Assembly (NCBI GenBank): GCA_965216255.1
Contig: OZ244148.1
Location: 66,091-130,090 of the forward strand
Length of the DNA stretch: 64,000 nt
Direction: 5' to 3'
Source: Rhodothermales bacterium
GTDB taxonomy: Bacteria; Bacteroidota; Rhodothermia; Rhodothermales; Bin80
Shown here: positions 29,444 to 39,198 of the stretch, piece by piece
Layout: the number at the start of each line of letters is the position of its first letter
Numbering within the stretch: the first letter of the stretch is position 1
Position numbers and translations under genes: made by a program
Notes under the pieces: model-generated
The model's input: only the letters and a program-made list of their open reading frames with translations
The model's database searches: none
What the model was told of the DNA's origin: nothing

Positions 29444-31552
29444 TCATTCATGCATTGCCCCCCCGTTGCCCATTTGATTTTCGAACGCCTGGCGCACGAG
29501 ACCCATCACGTAGGGCAATTCGTCTTGCTTTCTTATGCCTATTTCTGCATTACCATTGCCCAAGCTGCCGATATTGGTGATGTCCCGTGTGGCCTTCCTG
29601 GGGTCATAAAGTTCATGAAAATGAAGATTCAGGATCAAGCTCAAGCAGTTCTTTTGCGGCACCACGTTAACGAAATTGGTCTCGGCCTTGTAGGCGACGT
29701 AGTACTTGAGGATCTTCTCGCTGACGCAAGGATCAAGGGCCATGACCTCTTTTCGCAACGTGTCGAATAGCGGCCGCATGGGACTGTACTCTGCAAGGTG
29801 CCGATGGTCAGCCAAGGTGTAGCCGGCTGGCTGCTTGGCCTTCGAGCGATATGTCTCCAATACGTCGGCGGTTAGCACAGGTCGTGCCCACACCTTCGCA
29901 GCCTGCCTTGCAAGTTGCTCCGCGCGTGCACAGATAGCGGCCTCGTCCCATGTGTTAAGAGAACGTAAATGCTTGTTCAGCTTTAGCGGGCTCTCCCGGA
30001 AGCCACCTGACATGGTGCATTTTTCATAGAACGGCCGGTCACGGTACTCGGCGTTGTAGCCGGTGAGCGTCAGGTTGCCGAGGGTGTGCAGCCACGTCTC
30101 CTGCACGTCGCGCCAATTGGGGCCAAGCGCATTCCGCCATTCCGCCGAGAGGTTTTCGTTCTGCGGAAGGATGTGCTCAATGGTGTATTCGTCCACGGGC
30201 ACGCGTTCCTTGCGCTCATGGTTCTCTAAACGGCGGAGACAATAGCTGCGCCGGGGAAAATTGTAGAGGTCGCGGGCCTTGAGTTCGCGCTTGAACTCCT
30301 CATCGCTCGGAAAACGGCGGTAGGACGGCATGGTCAGAAAATGTGCCTGAATGCTCTCCAGATAGCGATCCTTCGTGAGAGTCTGTCCGAACGTGGAAAA
30401 CGTTTTGTTCAGTGAGTTGGTTGGTATGGCGCACACGGCTCGTCGAAATACGTATGCCTCTACCAGACGCACGGCCCGGACAAAATCGTCCTTCTTGAGG
30501 CGGTCCTCGGCGTAGTCGTGGTAAAGCTCGAGGAGAAATGGAAAAGCTACATCAACCTTGAGTTCACGCAGGTCACGAAAGGCCAGCGCCAGTTCCATAT
30601 CTGACTCCTGATCGAGCGCCATCGCGCAGTAGTAGCGGGCGAAGGCATGAATCTCCATCACCAATTTCTCCACACCAGCCGCCGCGATTCTTGGTGACTT
30701 GGCGTAAGCTTTAAAGGCTTCATAGACGGCCTTGATTTTGGGGATCTCCCCAGTCTGGAGCGTCAGGTAGTGCCGCATAAAGCCGTCAAAATACTTGCCG
30801 TACGCTTCCTGTCCGAACGCGATTTCCATTGGACGCCAATGCTCCTTGTACAGCGGTGCCTGCTGGTCCGGCTCCAAACCCATGAGAATGAAGTTGCGGA
30901 TCAAGTCAGCTTGGCTCAGCTCACGACCGGTGGAGTTCATGCTCTCGAAAATGAGTTGCGGGTTGTCTTGGTCACGGCTGAGTGCAAGGTCGACAACCAT
31001 GAGCTTGGCGAGTCCATGACACAGCGGAGCGAGATCGTCACCGAGTGCCTTTACTTGCTCGTTAAAGAACGCGAAGTTCTGGGTGATGCGCAGTGACGAT
31101 TCGGCTGGCCGGGGTTTCTGCTCTAGCAGCGCAAGCAGGCTCTGCTTGTCCGTCTGCGTGAGCAGGAGCTTGAAGAAGAGCTCGCCTTTTTCGAGAGGAT
31201 TGAGCAGGTAGTAATGGCGGAGCTTCGGTGCCGAGAAACCATCCACCGACTCAGAATCGCCCAAGCACCGGGCCAACGCTTCAAGAATGAGCATCACCGT
31301 GGTGAGGCGCTGCTGGCCGTCAATCACTAGGAGCGACGACTGGCTGGAGACATGGTAGAGGCCCTTCTCGATATAGACGATGGAACCAATGAAGTGCGCA
31401 GAGATGGCGTCGTCACGGCCCGTGCGTAGGATATCATCCCACATTTGGCGGCATTCCCGCTCTGTCCAACTGTACGTTCGCTGGTAGATCGGAATGACAA
31501 ACTGCGGTGATTTCTTCAGGAATTTGAGGAGATTGGCCTCGGTCGCCTTCAT
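29444..31552 (-). CDS. GmrSD-like type IV restriction endonuclease (DUF262 + DUF1524/HNH + C-terminal DUF5655-like domain)
   Basis: IPIYQRTYSW, IDGQQRLTT, IFESMNSTG, EHILPQ..LGNLTL..N. Start MKATE overlaps the hsdM stop. Confidence 0.9.
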   Translation of the reverse strand: MKATEANLLKFLKKSPQFVIPIYQRTYSWTERECRQMWDDILRTGRDDAISAHFIGSIVYIEKGLYHVSSQSSLLVIDGQQRLTTVMLILEALARCLGDSESVDGFSAPKLRHYYLLNPLEKGELFFKLLLTQTDKQSLLALLEQKPRPAESSLRITQNFAFFNEQVKALGDDLAPLCHGLAKLMVVDLALSRDQDNPQLIFESMNSTGRELSQADLIRNFILMGLEPDQQAPLYKEHWRPMEIAFGQEAYGKYFDGFMRHYLTLQTGEIPKIKAVYEAFKAYAKSPRIAAAGVEKLVMEIHAFARYYCAMALDQESDMELALAFRDLRELKVDVAFPFLLELYHDYAEDRLKKDDFVRAVRLVEAYVFRRAVCAIPTNSLNKTFSTFGQTLTKDRYLESIQAHFLTMPSYRRFPSDEEFKRELKARDLYNFPRRSYCLRRLENHERKERVPVDEYTIEHILPQNENLSAEWRNALGPNWRDVQETWLHTLGNLTLTGYNAEYRDRPFYEKCTMSGGFRESPLKLNKHLRSLNTWDEAAICARAEQLARQAAKVWARPVLTADVLETYRSKAKQPAGYTLADHRHLAEYSPMRPLFDTLRKEVMALDPCVSEKILKYYVAYKAETNFVNVVPQKNCLSLILNLHFHELYDPRKATRDITNIGSLGNGNAEIGIRKQDELPYVMGLVRQAFENQMGNGGAMHE

Positions 31553-31968
31553 GGTCGAATCCCCTTGATGATCTCGTAGAGCATGCCCTCGGTTTCCGTC
31601 TCCAATGCCAGGATATCGGCATGGGTCTCCTGCAACGAACGCAGCGGCTCTGGCCTGTAGAAAAAGCGCGTAAAGCTGATCTCGTAGCAGATCTTCACTG
31701 CGTTCGGCTGGTACCAAGAGTCGGGGCATACGGCAGCACCTCGCGTCGCAGGAAAGCTTCGAATCCGCCCCCCCTCCAGAAGCGGAATCTGCTCGGCGTC
31801 GCGCAAATTGGCGTGCGGTTCGTATTCGGTCACGGCAGGCCATCCGTCAATGGTGACCGCGAAAGGGCCGCTCAGCGGATCGGCTTCCGTGCCCGGCTTA
31901 TAGATCTTTCTGATGACTGGAGGCGCGTTCTCACTTCGCTTGCCGCTTCCCTTCGCCCTAAGTCTGCC
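31549..31968 (-). pseudogene. hsdM: C-terminal remnant of type I R-M modification subunit
   Basis: EYEPHANLRDAEQIPL..KICYEISFTRFFYRPEPLRSL..ILALE; fused to an IS66 tnpC stub. Confidence 0.75.
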
Positions 31969-32925
31969 GCGGAGGGCTTCAGCCAACTGTTTGTCCTTGC
32001 GCTCCAATTTCGCCTGCAGCCGGCTGTTCTCTTCGCTCAACTGATTGTTCTCCTCGGACAGGCTGACGTTCTGCTGAAGCACCGCGGCAAGCTGCGCACG
32101 GGAGGTCTCAACATCCGCAGAAGAGAGGTAGGAATGTGCTTCGGGCTGCATGATTGTTGAACAAGGCCTGCACATGCATTGTTCCCCGTTTCCACATACT
32201 ATTTATCCCGATTTTCAGCTCTTAACCGCATACCGGCGCCGGTATTTTACGGACTTCAGCGACACTCCCTCCAGTAACATCACCATCTGCGTCCACGTCG
32301 GCATGTCCTCTTTCGGCAGCTCAAACGTACCCGCTTCCAGCCTTTTGTAAAACAAGGCAAAGCCGTTTCGGTCCCACGAAAGCGCCTTCAGATGGCTCCG
32401 CCTCCTGTTGACGAACACAAAGATGTCCCCCGACATGGGATCCCGCTTCATGCCGCTTTTCACCAAGGCGCACAGGCCGTCAAAGCTCTTTCGCATGTCG
32501 GCCGGTAAAAGAAATACCGGCGCGAAGGCCCCAGTCCGATCATGACTGCACCAGCTGCGCCACGTACGAGGCAGATACCGGCGCCAAGAGGCGCACGCGT
32601 ATCCCGCCCGGGTACATGATCTCCACTTGCGCCTCTTCACCTGCCGTGGGTCTGCCAATCTCCACAAAGGCGCCGCTGTCCACTGCCACAGCCTCCAGGC
32701 GATACTTCCGACGCCAGTAAAGCAGCTGCCCATACGAGATGCCGCGCTCGGCACAGAACGCTGCAGCGGTCTGGCTGCTTTCTTCATACTGTTCCACCAG
32801 CGGAAACATTTCTTCCGCCGTTCGTCAGGGCTGTCTCATGCCATCCAGGCTTTGAGTCCTCGGGGCTATGAGTAATCTCCCGAGAAATCGTCACCTTCTC
32901 CAGATGGGTTTCACCGCACGCTTAC
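31969..32925 (-). mobile_element. Truncated IS66 copy (tnpA, tnpB with small deletion, tnpC 5' stub)
   Basis: Homology to the 9417-16927 element; left TIR at 32925. Confidence 0.88.
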
Positions 32926-33303
32926 GCACCAGCTGCGCCAGGTACGAGGCAGATACCGGCGCCAAGAGGCGCACGCGTATCCCGCCCGGGTACATGATCT
33001 CCACTTGCGCCTCTCCAGCTACCACGAGTCTGCCAATCTCCACCAAGGCGCCGCTGTCGACTGCCGCAGCCTCCAGGCAATACTTCCGACGCCAGTAAAA
33101 CAGCTGCCCATACGAGATGCCGCGCTCGGCACAGAACGCTGCAGCAGTCTGGCTGCTTTCTTCATACTGTTCCACCAGCTGAAACATTTCTTCCGCCGTA
33201 CGTCCGGGCTGTCTCATGCCATCCAGGCTTTGAGTCCTCGGGTCTATCAGTAATCTCCCGAGAAATCGTCACCTTATCCAGATGGGTTTCACCGCACGCT
33301 TAC
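32926..33303 (-). mobile_element. IS66 left-end fragment (tnpA) interrupted by the adjacent IS66
   Basis: tnpA homology; left TIR at 33303. Confidence 0.85.
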
Positions 33304-33664
33304 TCTCGTGTTGCGAATCTGACGCGGCCTTAATCGTGCGCAGCATGGCAATAACAACTTGACTCACAAGGACCAAGGTAGGCCTGTCTATCAAGTCGTA
33401 TGCGCCCTCGCGTGGGGAATAGTCTATCACGTATTCTCCGGGATCTTCGGCATACTCGCGCAGATGCCACACCCAGCTTCCTGCTGTAAAGCGGGTAAAC
33501 AGGTCCTCTAGGACGGCTTTAGCAGTCTTGACGAATTCCTCTTCCTCCTGGTCATAGGCCACTGGCGGGCTGGTGTATACGGGACTATTGTCCATTGGCT
33601 GCATTCCGTACATCCCATTTAGCCGTGCTTCCAATCGAGAAAGCCTACGTTCTATGTCTGTCAT
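33304..33664 (-). pseudogene. Hypothetical protein truncated by IS66
   Basis: ORF MTDIERRLSRLEARL.. runs into the IS66 TIR. Confidence 0.5.
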
Positions 33665-33941
33665 GATTTCGTGGTGCGTTGTGAAGGGGCGCTGATACTT
33701 GATCTTGAATGTCGTGTTCCGTAGCGTCCTGGTGCTGTCAACAAGCCGGGCGACTACCCACTCGTCGGGTTGCCCGCCAAATAAAACAGCCTATACCTTG
33801 AGGACTTGCTATCCGCAACGGCAAATAGGCAGAAGCGTCGCATGCGCCTGTCCGTGCGGGCTGTCTATTCCATTGAAATATTCCACCGATTCCAGACGAT
33901 GAGTACCAATTGGGCTGTCTGAACGAGGCTTGGAGAGTTAC

Positions 33942-36107
33942 CCCATCTTTACCTTTTCACTCAAGAAAGCCCGGCAGAATAGGCAAATATGAATCCTTCG
34001 GTCACTACAATGGGCTGCAAGGTGAGTTTCGCAGTTGCTCAGAAGGTCGTCTTGTGCATGGGAAGAGGCACCGGATTGATGCCAAGTGCTTCGCAGATTT
34101 CCCGTTGGTCAGCATCTGGATAGGAGGTCGTGCGGACATGGAGCGTGTAGCCGCTCCGGGCTTCGAAGACGCTGGTCGTGCGCACCTGGCGCCGAAGGAT
34201 CCTCCGGAGCGTTGTCCAGCTTGAGCGCAGTCCGACCACGCGCAAACGCTTCCGGATCACCTGCACCAGTTGGTAGGCCAGCACCGTGATGAACAGATGG
34301 CCTTCTGCGCGCCGGCCCGTGGAGTGGTAGATCGGCCTGAGGCCCAGCTCCGACTTCAGGGACCGGAACACCGCCTCCAGGTCGGTCAGCATCACGTACG
34401 TGCGCCAGAGCTCTTCCGCGGAGAGGTCCATCTCGTTGCTGCGTAGGCAATAGACGCCCGGATCGCTCAGCATGGTGCCCGCCTTCGGCGTCTGTTTCCA
34501 TGTGATTGACTTCGCCCGCTTGCCCTTTTTATCCGGCTCCACTTTGATCTCGTAATGCTGTCCGATGCCGCCGAAGCATTGCTTCAGACGAGCGATGCGC
34601 TCCCTTATGAGGTCCAGGCGCTTGTGCGTCTTCGGCCGGGAAAGCCCCTCGGAAAGCTTGCCGAGGGCCTCCTCGAATCGTTCCGCTTTCTGCTTCATCA
34701 TGGCCTCTTCCTTCGCTATGCGGGCCCCGCTGCGACAGTAGAGCCGCACCTCGTCGTCTGCCTCCTCCCGGTATATCTCTACGTCGCTGCCCGAGGACGT
34801 CTGAAGGGACTCTGCCTTCTGCTCGTCAAAAGGCTTCCTGCGCTCTCTTGACACGACGATGTAGCCATAGCCCTCCTTGCGCAGCCAGTCTATGCGGTCC
34901 TTCGTGGCTACGCCCCGGTCCATCACCACGCGTGCGCCCTTGGGCGCCTTGAGCGACTCAAGCATCTTCTTGAGCGTGGACGCTTCGTTTACATTGCCCT
35001 TGAAGAGCCGACTGCGACGCACGAACCCGCTGCCGTCTACTACCAGAGCCAGCGTAAGCAGCACGCAGCCATGACGCCGCTTTTTCGAGTGTCCGTGCTT
35101 CGCCTTGTCGATCCCCTTGCCACTGCCTTCCAGGAAACTGCCCTTCAGGTCATAAAGCGCGATCGTAGGCTCCAGATCAAACAGATCCATGGCTCGTGCA
35201 AAGAGGTGGTCCTCTATGACCTTGCGGTGCTTGTATAGCATGTCGCTGGCCCGGTAGAGCTGCATGTCGGCCATCTTCTCGAAGTTGCAGCCCAGAAACT
35301 CGTCCAGTCCGCTGGCAGAGGCCAGCCACTGCTTCGTGGCATGTTCGCTGGCCGGCTCGGCCAGACGGCCTATGATGGAGCCCGTGGCAGCATGCCGCAG
35401 ACCTCGCGCCATCTCAAGCTTCTCGAAGAGCTCAGGCAGGCCCAACTGTTCCATGGCCCAGAGCCCTACATGCTCCACGCCCACCGTGCGGGGCCGGAGC
35501 GTCTTGAGCGAATGGACGTCCACATGGTGCCACTCGCGCGGCGGCCTGCCGCTGGCGTCTCGTTCCACGGTCTGAGAGCGGCGTGCGCTTACGAGTAAGG
35601 CAATGCGCCGAGCCTCCTCTTCTACGGAGGCGGGCAGCTCTTCGGGAACCAGTTCCAGCTGCCCGTTCAGCAGGGCCTCGATGCGCCGGCACAAGGGGCG
35701 CCAGTAGCGTTCTTCGACGCTGAAGTGGGCGCCGAGATTGAGGAGGGTCTGGCGCAGCACCTTCTTGTCCCGGCGCTTGGACTGGCAGAGGCTGAAGGTA
35801 TAGTAGCGCGTGCTGTCGGAGGACTTACGGGTGAGGGAGCGGCAGATGAACATGCAGACAAGATAGGGGGAATGGGATCCGGCCGCAAGCCCTTCCGACA
35901 TAATATGTCACTACATTCATGAACAACCAACATATAAATCCTGAAATGGGGAAGCCGGGTGCGATGGACGATCAAACCAAGCCAGAAAAGCACCACGGGT
36001 GGGGACTCATCCCTAAAAAACGTCTAGAATTCCTAAAAATACTTCGAATTCCTAAAGGCGGCTATCGCCTATCTTCCATATTTTACGCCTCAAAAGGTAA
36101 AGATGGG
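33942..36107 (-). mobile_element. Divergent IS1634-family element (2166 bp)
   Basis: TIR CCCATCTTTACCTTTT / AAAAGGTAAAGATGGG; 4-bp TSD TTAC. Confidence 0.92.
34039..35853 (-). CDS. IS1634-family transposase (divergent isoform)
   Basis: Collinear with copies 2 and 3, many substitutions. Confidence 0.9.
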   Translation of the reverse strand: MFICRSLTRKSSDSTRYYTFSLCQSKRRDKKVLRQTLLNLGAHFSVEERYWRPLCRRIEALLNGQLELVPEELPASVEEEARRIALLVSARRSQTVERDASGRPPREWHHVDVHSLKTLRPRTVGVEHVGLWAMEQLGLPELFEKLEMARGLRHAATGSIIGRLAEPASEHATKQWLASASGLDEFLGCNFEKMADMQLYRASDMLYKHRKVIEDHLFARAMDLFDLEPTIALYDLKGSFLEGSGKGIDKAKHGHSKKRRHGCVLLTLALVVDGSGFVRRSRLFKGNVNEASTLKKMLESLKAPKGARVVMDRGVATKDRIDWLRKEGYGYIVVSRERRKPFDEQKAESLQTSSGSDVEIYREEADDEVRLYCRSGARIAKEEAMMKQKAERFEEALGKLSEGLSRPKTHKRLDLIRERIARLKQCFGGIGQHYEIKVEPDKKGKRAKSITWKQTPKAGTMLSDPGVYCLRSNEMDLSAEELWRTYVMLTDLEAVFRSLKSELGLRPIYHSTGRRAEGHLFITVLAYQLVQVIRKRLRVVGLRSSWTTLRRILRRQVRTTSVFEARSGYTLHVRTTSYPDADQREICEALGINPVPLPMHKTTF

Positions 36108-36967
36108 TTACGAGGTCATGTAGTAGTCTTGATGGGTCGTTGCTGACAGATTGGCAGCGTTGAAGCGTGAACAGGGAGTCCACCAGACTGAACAATGCGT
36201 GCCCTCCGGGAAGTTCCAGACGCGTAGCCAAATCGGACGATTGTAAGAAGTAGGTGCCTGTAAGGATCCGACTTGGTCCATTGGAGGCTTCACGCGTGCC
36301 GCTCTCGCGGCCTTCGCCGCATGATTCGTCCGGAGACGATTTGCACGCTGTGAGAGGCAGTCGACCGTGTATTGGAGTTTCCCGGAAAGGATACGGGACA
36401 TCCCGGTGTCTGCTTGATCTCATGTGCGGATGAATGGCCCTTCCGGTTCGGCTGTAAGGCAGACGTTGGTGTATCGCGATAAAGTTGCCCCGCTATTCTG
36501 ATGGATGGGAGCCGGTTCGTGCGCTTGCCAGGTGCCGGGTTGACTCGATGCTCTTCAGGGCCAAGCCGAACGGCAGTGCATGCTGAGTTGATGCAAGACG
36601 CCCGGCTGCTTTGCCACCGGCTTGTGCATGGATGCTTCTCGGCACAGGATACGGTGCATGGGCCACATTGCACGTGGCCGGTCCGGGCCAGTCCGAAAGC
36701 GTGCGCACTGCGGCTGACAGGCCGTTGATGGCACGCGGCCAAATCGGCCTTTTGCAATTCCTGTACGGCCCCATTCCGACCCGTTGCGAGCTCCTGACGT
36801 GGCGCTCAGGTAGCCTTTGTCGCACAAAGAATACGTGCAGGCGCAATTTGCACGAAATCAGCGGCGGCCGAGAGGTCGTTTGCCGCAGATGCCGGGCAAT
36901 GAACCGGAGTACTTGCCCGAGATCGGATACAGATGCATGGCCGCAGCGGCATCCGTCTGTGCCGGGA

Positions 36968-38370
36968 GAGAAACTGTCATATCTTGGGTCTGCAGAATGC
37001 CGCGGCGTATCTTTGTGGAGTACCCATCAATCGCCCTAGACGGGCACATCCGGACTACATCGTATGACAGACTCAACAGAATCCAACGTACACTCACTGG
37101 TTACCCGTGAGGAGGCACTCAGCACCCTGGATGACCTGGTGCGCAGCTCCGCCCGGCGTATGCTGCAGGTAGCGCTCGAGCGGGAAGCCGACGACTACGT
37201 GAAGGCCCATGCACACCTGCGGAATGAGCACGGCCACCGAGTCGTCAAACGCAATGGTCACCATCCGCAGAGAGAAATCCTCACGGGTGCGGGCCCGCTA
37301 GCGATCCAGCGGCCCCATATCCGTGACCCTCGAGAAGGGCATACCTTCACCAGCGCCATACTGCCGCGCTATATGCGCCGCAGTCCGTCGATAGACGCAC
37401 TCATTCCGGCCTTGTACCTGCGGGGAGTTTCGACCAACGACTTTGCTCTGGCCCTGGAGGCCATACTCGGGCCACAAGCTGGCAACCTATCGCCATCGTC
37501 GATCAGCCGACTCAAGGGGGCTTGGCTGGAGGAATACCGGCAATGGAACAAGCGGGACCCCGCGGGCAAACGGTATGTTTACCTCTGGGCTGACGGGTTA
37601 TACTTCAATGTCCGCATGGGAAACGAGCGCCCGTGTATGCTTGTTATTATTGGAGTTACACCCGATGGAAGGAAAGAACTCGTAGGACTTCTGGACGGAG
37701 AGCGGGAAAGCAGGCTGTCCTGGAAGGAGCTATTGTTGGATATCAAACAACGAGGCTTGGACGTAGCGCCTAAGGCGGCCACAGCAGACGGAGGCCTAGG
37801 CTTCTGGGCTGCGTTGGAAGAAGTATATCCCTCCACGCTACAACAGCGATGCTGGGTGCACAAGACGGCCAACGTGCCGGGTAAGCTGCCCAAGAAGCTG
37901 CAGGGGGCTGCGAAAGAGAGGCTCCGTGGCATCTATACGGCACCGTCCAGGAAGGATGCCCTGAAAGCACTCGATACCTTCGAGAATCTCTTCGGAGGCG
38001 CCTACGAGAAGGCCGTCACCTGTCTGCGCAAGGATCAAGAGGAGCTCTTAACCTTCTACCAGTTCCCGCCCGAACACTGGGTTCACCTTCGGACTTCGAA
38101 TCCCATTGAGTCCACGTTTGCGACCGCAGGGAAACGTACACGGCAAACCAAGGGATGCGGCAGCCGGGACGCGACACTGATGATGGTTTACAAGCTAACC
38201 CGGGAAGCGCAGAAACGCTGGCGGAGGCTGACTGGATCGCAGCTGCTCATCCGTGTGCTGGAAACAACCCCACAAGAGTACAGCGTAGAAGTAGACAAAC
38301 AAGCCGCCTAATTCTAATTCCACAATCCCATGCCGCAGCATTCTACAGACCCAAGATATGACAGTTTCTC
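36968..38370 (+). mobile_element. IS256-family element copy 3 (1403 bp), no matching TSD
   Basis: TIR GAGAAACTGTCATATCTTGGGTCTG; lacks the 8-bp ATTCCACA duplication of copies 1 and 2. Confidence 0.93.
37064..38311 (+). CDS. IS256-family transposase
   Basis: About 9 amino acids differ from copy 1. Confidence 0.93.
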   Translation: MTDSTESNVHSLVTREEALSTLDDLVRSSARRMLQVALEREADDYVKAHAHLRNEHGHRVVKRNGHHPQREILTGAGPLAIQRPHIRDPREGHTFTSAILPRYMRRSPSIDALIPALYLRGVSTNDFALALEAILGPQAGNLSPSSISRLKGAWLEEYRQWNKRDPAGKRYVYLWADGLYFNVRMGNERPCMLVIIGVTPDGRKELVGLLDGERESRLSWKELLLDIKQRGLDVAPKAATADGGLGFWAALEEVYPSTLQQRCWVHKTANVPGKLPKKLQGAAKERLRGIYTAPSRKDALKALDTFENLFGGAYEKAVTCLRKDQEELLTFYQFPPEHWVHLRTSNPIESTFATAGKRTRQTKGCGSRDATLMMVYKLTREAQKRWRRLTGSQLLIRVLETTPQEYSVEVDKQAA

Positions 38371-38475
38371 GCCAATTGGCAAGATATAACCGATTGTGTC
38401 TTTAAGATTTGAAGTATTTTCGTACAAGCACTAGATATTGGGGAGTTGTACCCTTCGATTGTACAGAACCGCAAG

Positions 38476-39099
38476 TTACGAAATTCCACCCGTAGCCATT
38501 TGGTCGTAGGCATGTAGCACAAGCCGTTTGGTTCGATATTCACCAAATCGGTTGAGCTCGTCCTTCTTCAAGACATTGAAGGACACACTTGGCAGGCATG
38601 GATCCAGTATCCAGTCGAGCTCATCTCTTTCCAGACCATACATATGGGCATAGATAGCATCCAATTCGGATTTCAGTTTGTGGCGTCTACTATCAATCCA
38701 AGTAAACGGCTCCCCAAAGTAGCCGAGCCTTTGAGCAAGTCCAGCTAGTTCAGACGATGTATATATAAGCTCCAATACGAGTGGCGCGATTACTTCCGCA
38801 AACGTACGGTAACGGCTTGGGCAACTCTCCAGGTAGGCCTCGGGTCTGAGTACGGGAAGCTGCTTTACGATAAAGAAACTTACGTTTGTACCGCCCACCG
38901 AGCAGCGTGCTACCCAATCAAGCGGGACACTATTCAGATTCGCCATTACGAGTACAGAAGCAACTGCGCTAGGCTGGCAGTAACCAATTCCCGTCGCACT
39001 ATCGCTCAAGCCGCTCACGGGCACTGTTCCTGCTACAGTGGTTCTAGCATCCGTCGCCCTTGAGATTCGGCGCAGAGCATTAACCCACGCTTCCGACAT
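38476..39099 (-). CDS. Separately encoded C-terminal (target-recognition) part of the DrmMI-like methyltransferase
   Basis: WVNALRRISRATDART..ANLNSVPLDWVARCSVGGT..KQLPVL..ELDAIYAHMYGL..FGEYRTKRLVL, typical of the DrmMI C-terminus. AGGA lies upstream of the ATG. Confidence 0.75.
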   Translation of the reverse strand: MSEAWVNALRRISRATDARTTVAGTVPVSGLSDSATGIGYCQPSAVASVLVMANLNSVPLDWVARCSVGGTNVSFFIVKQLPVLRPEAYLESCPSRYRTFAEVIAPLVLELIYTSSELAGLAQRLGYFGEPFTWIDSRRHKLKSELDAIYAHMYGLERDELDWILDPCLPSVSFNVLKKDELNRFGEYRTKRLVLHAYDQMATGGIS

Positions 39100-39198
39100 T
39101 TATCCTAAGTATTGGAGCTTTGTTATTGATGGCAGCCAGTGGGACTGCGGCAACGATTACGGTGCGCCTATCGGTTGGTCTTGCAATGTCTCGGAATA

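Noticed and set aside
36420-36967. Possible degenerate DDE transposase (CDKGYLS on the minus strand)
   Set aside because: Only one short motif; no ends or continuous frame.
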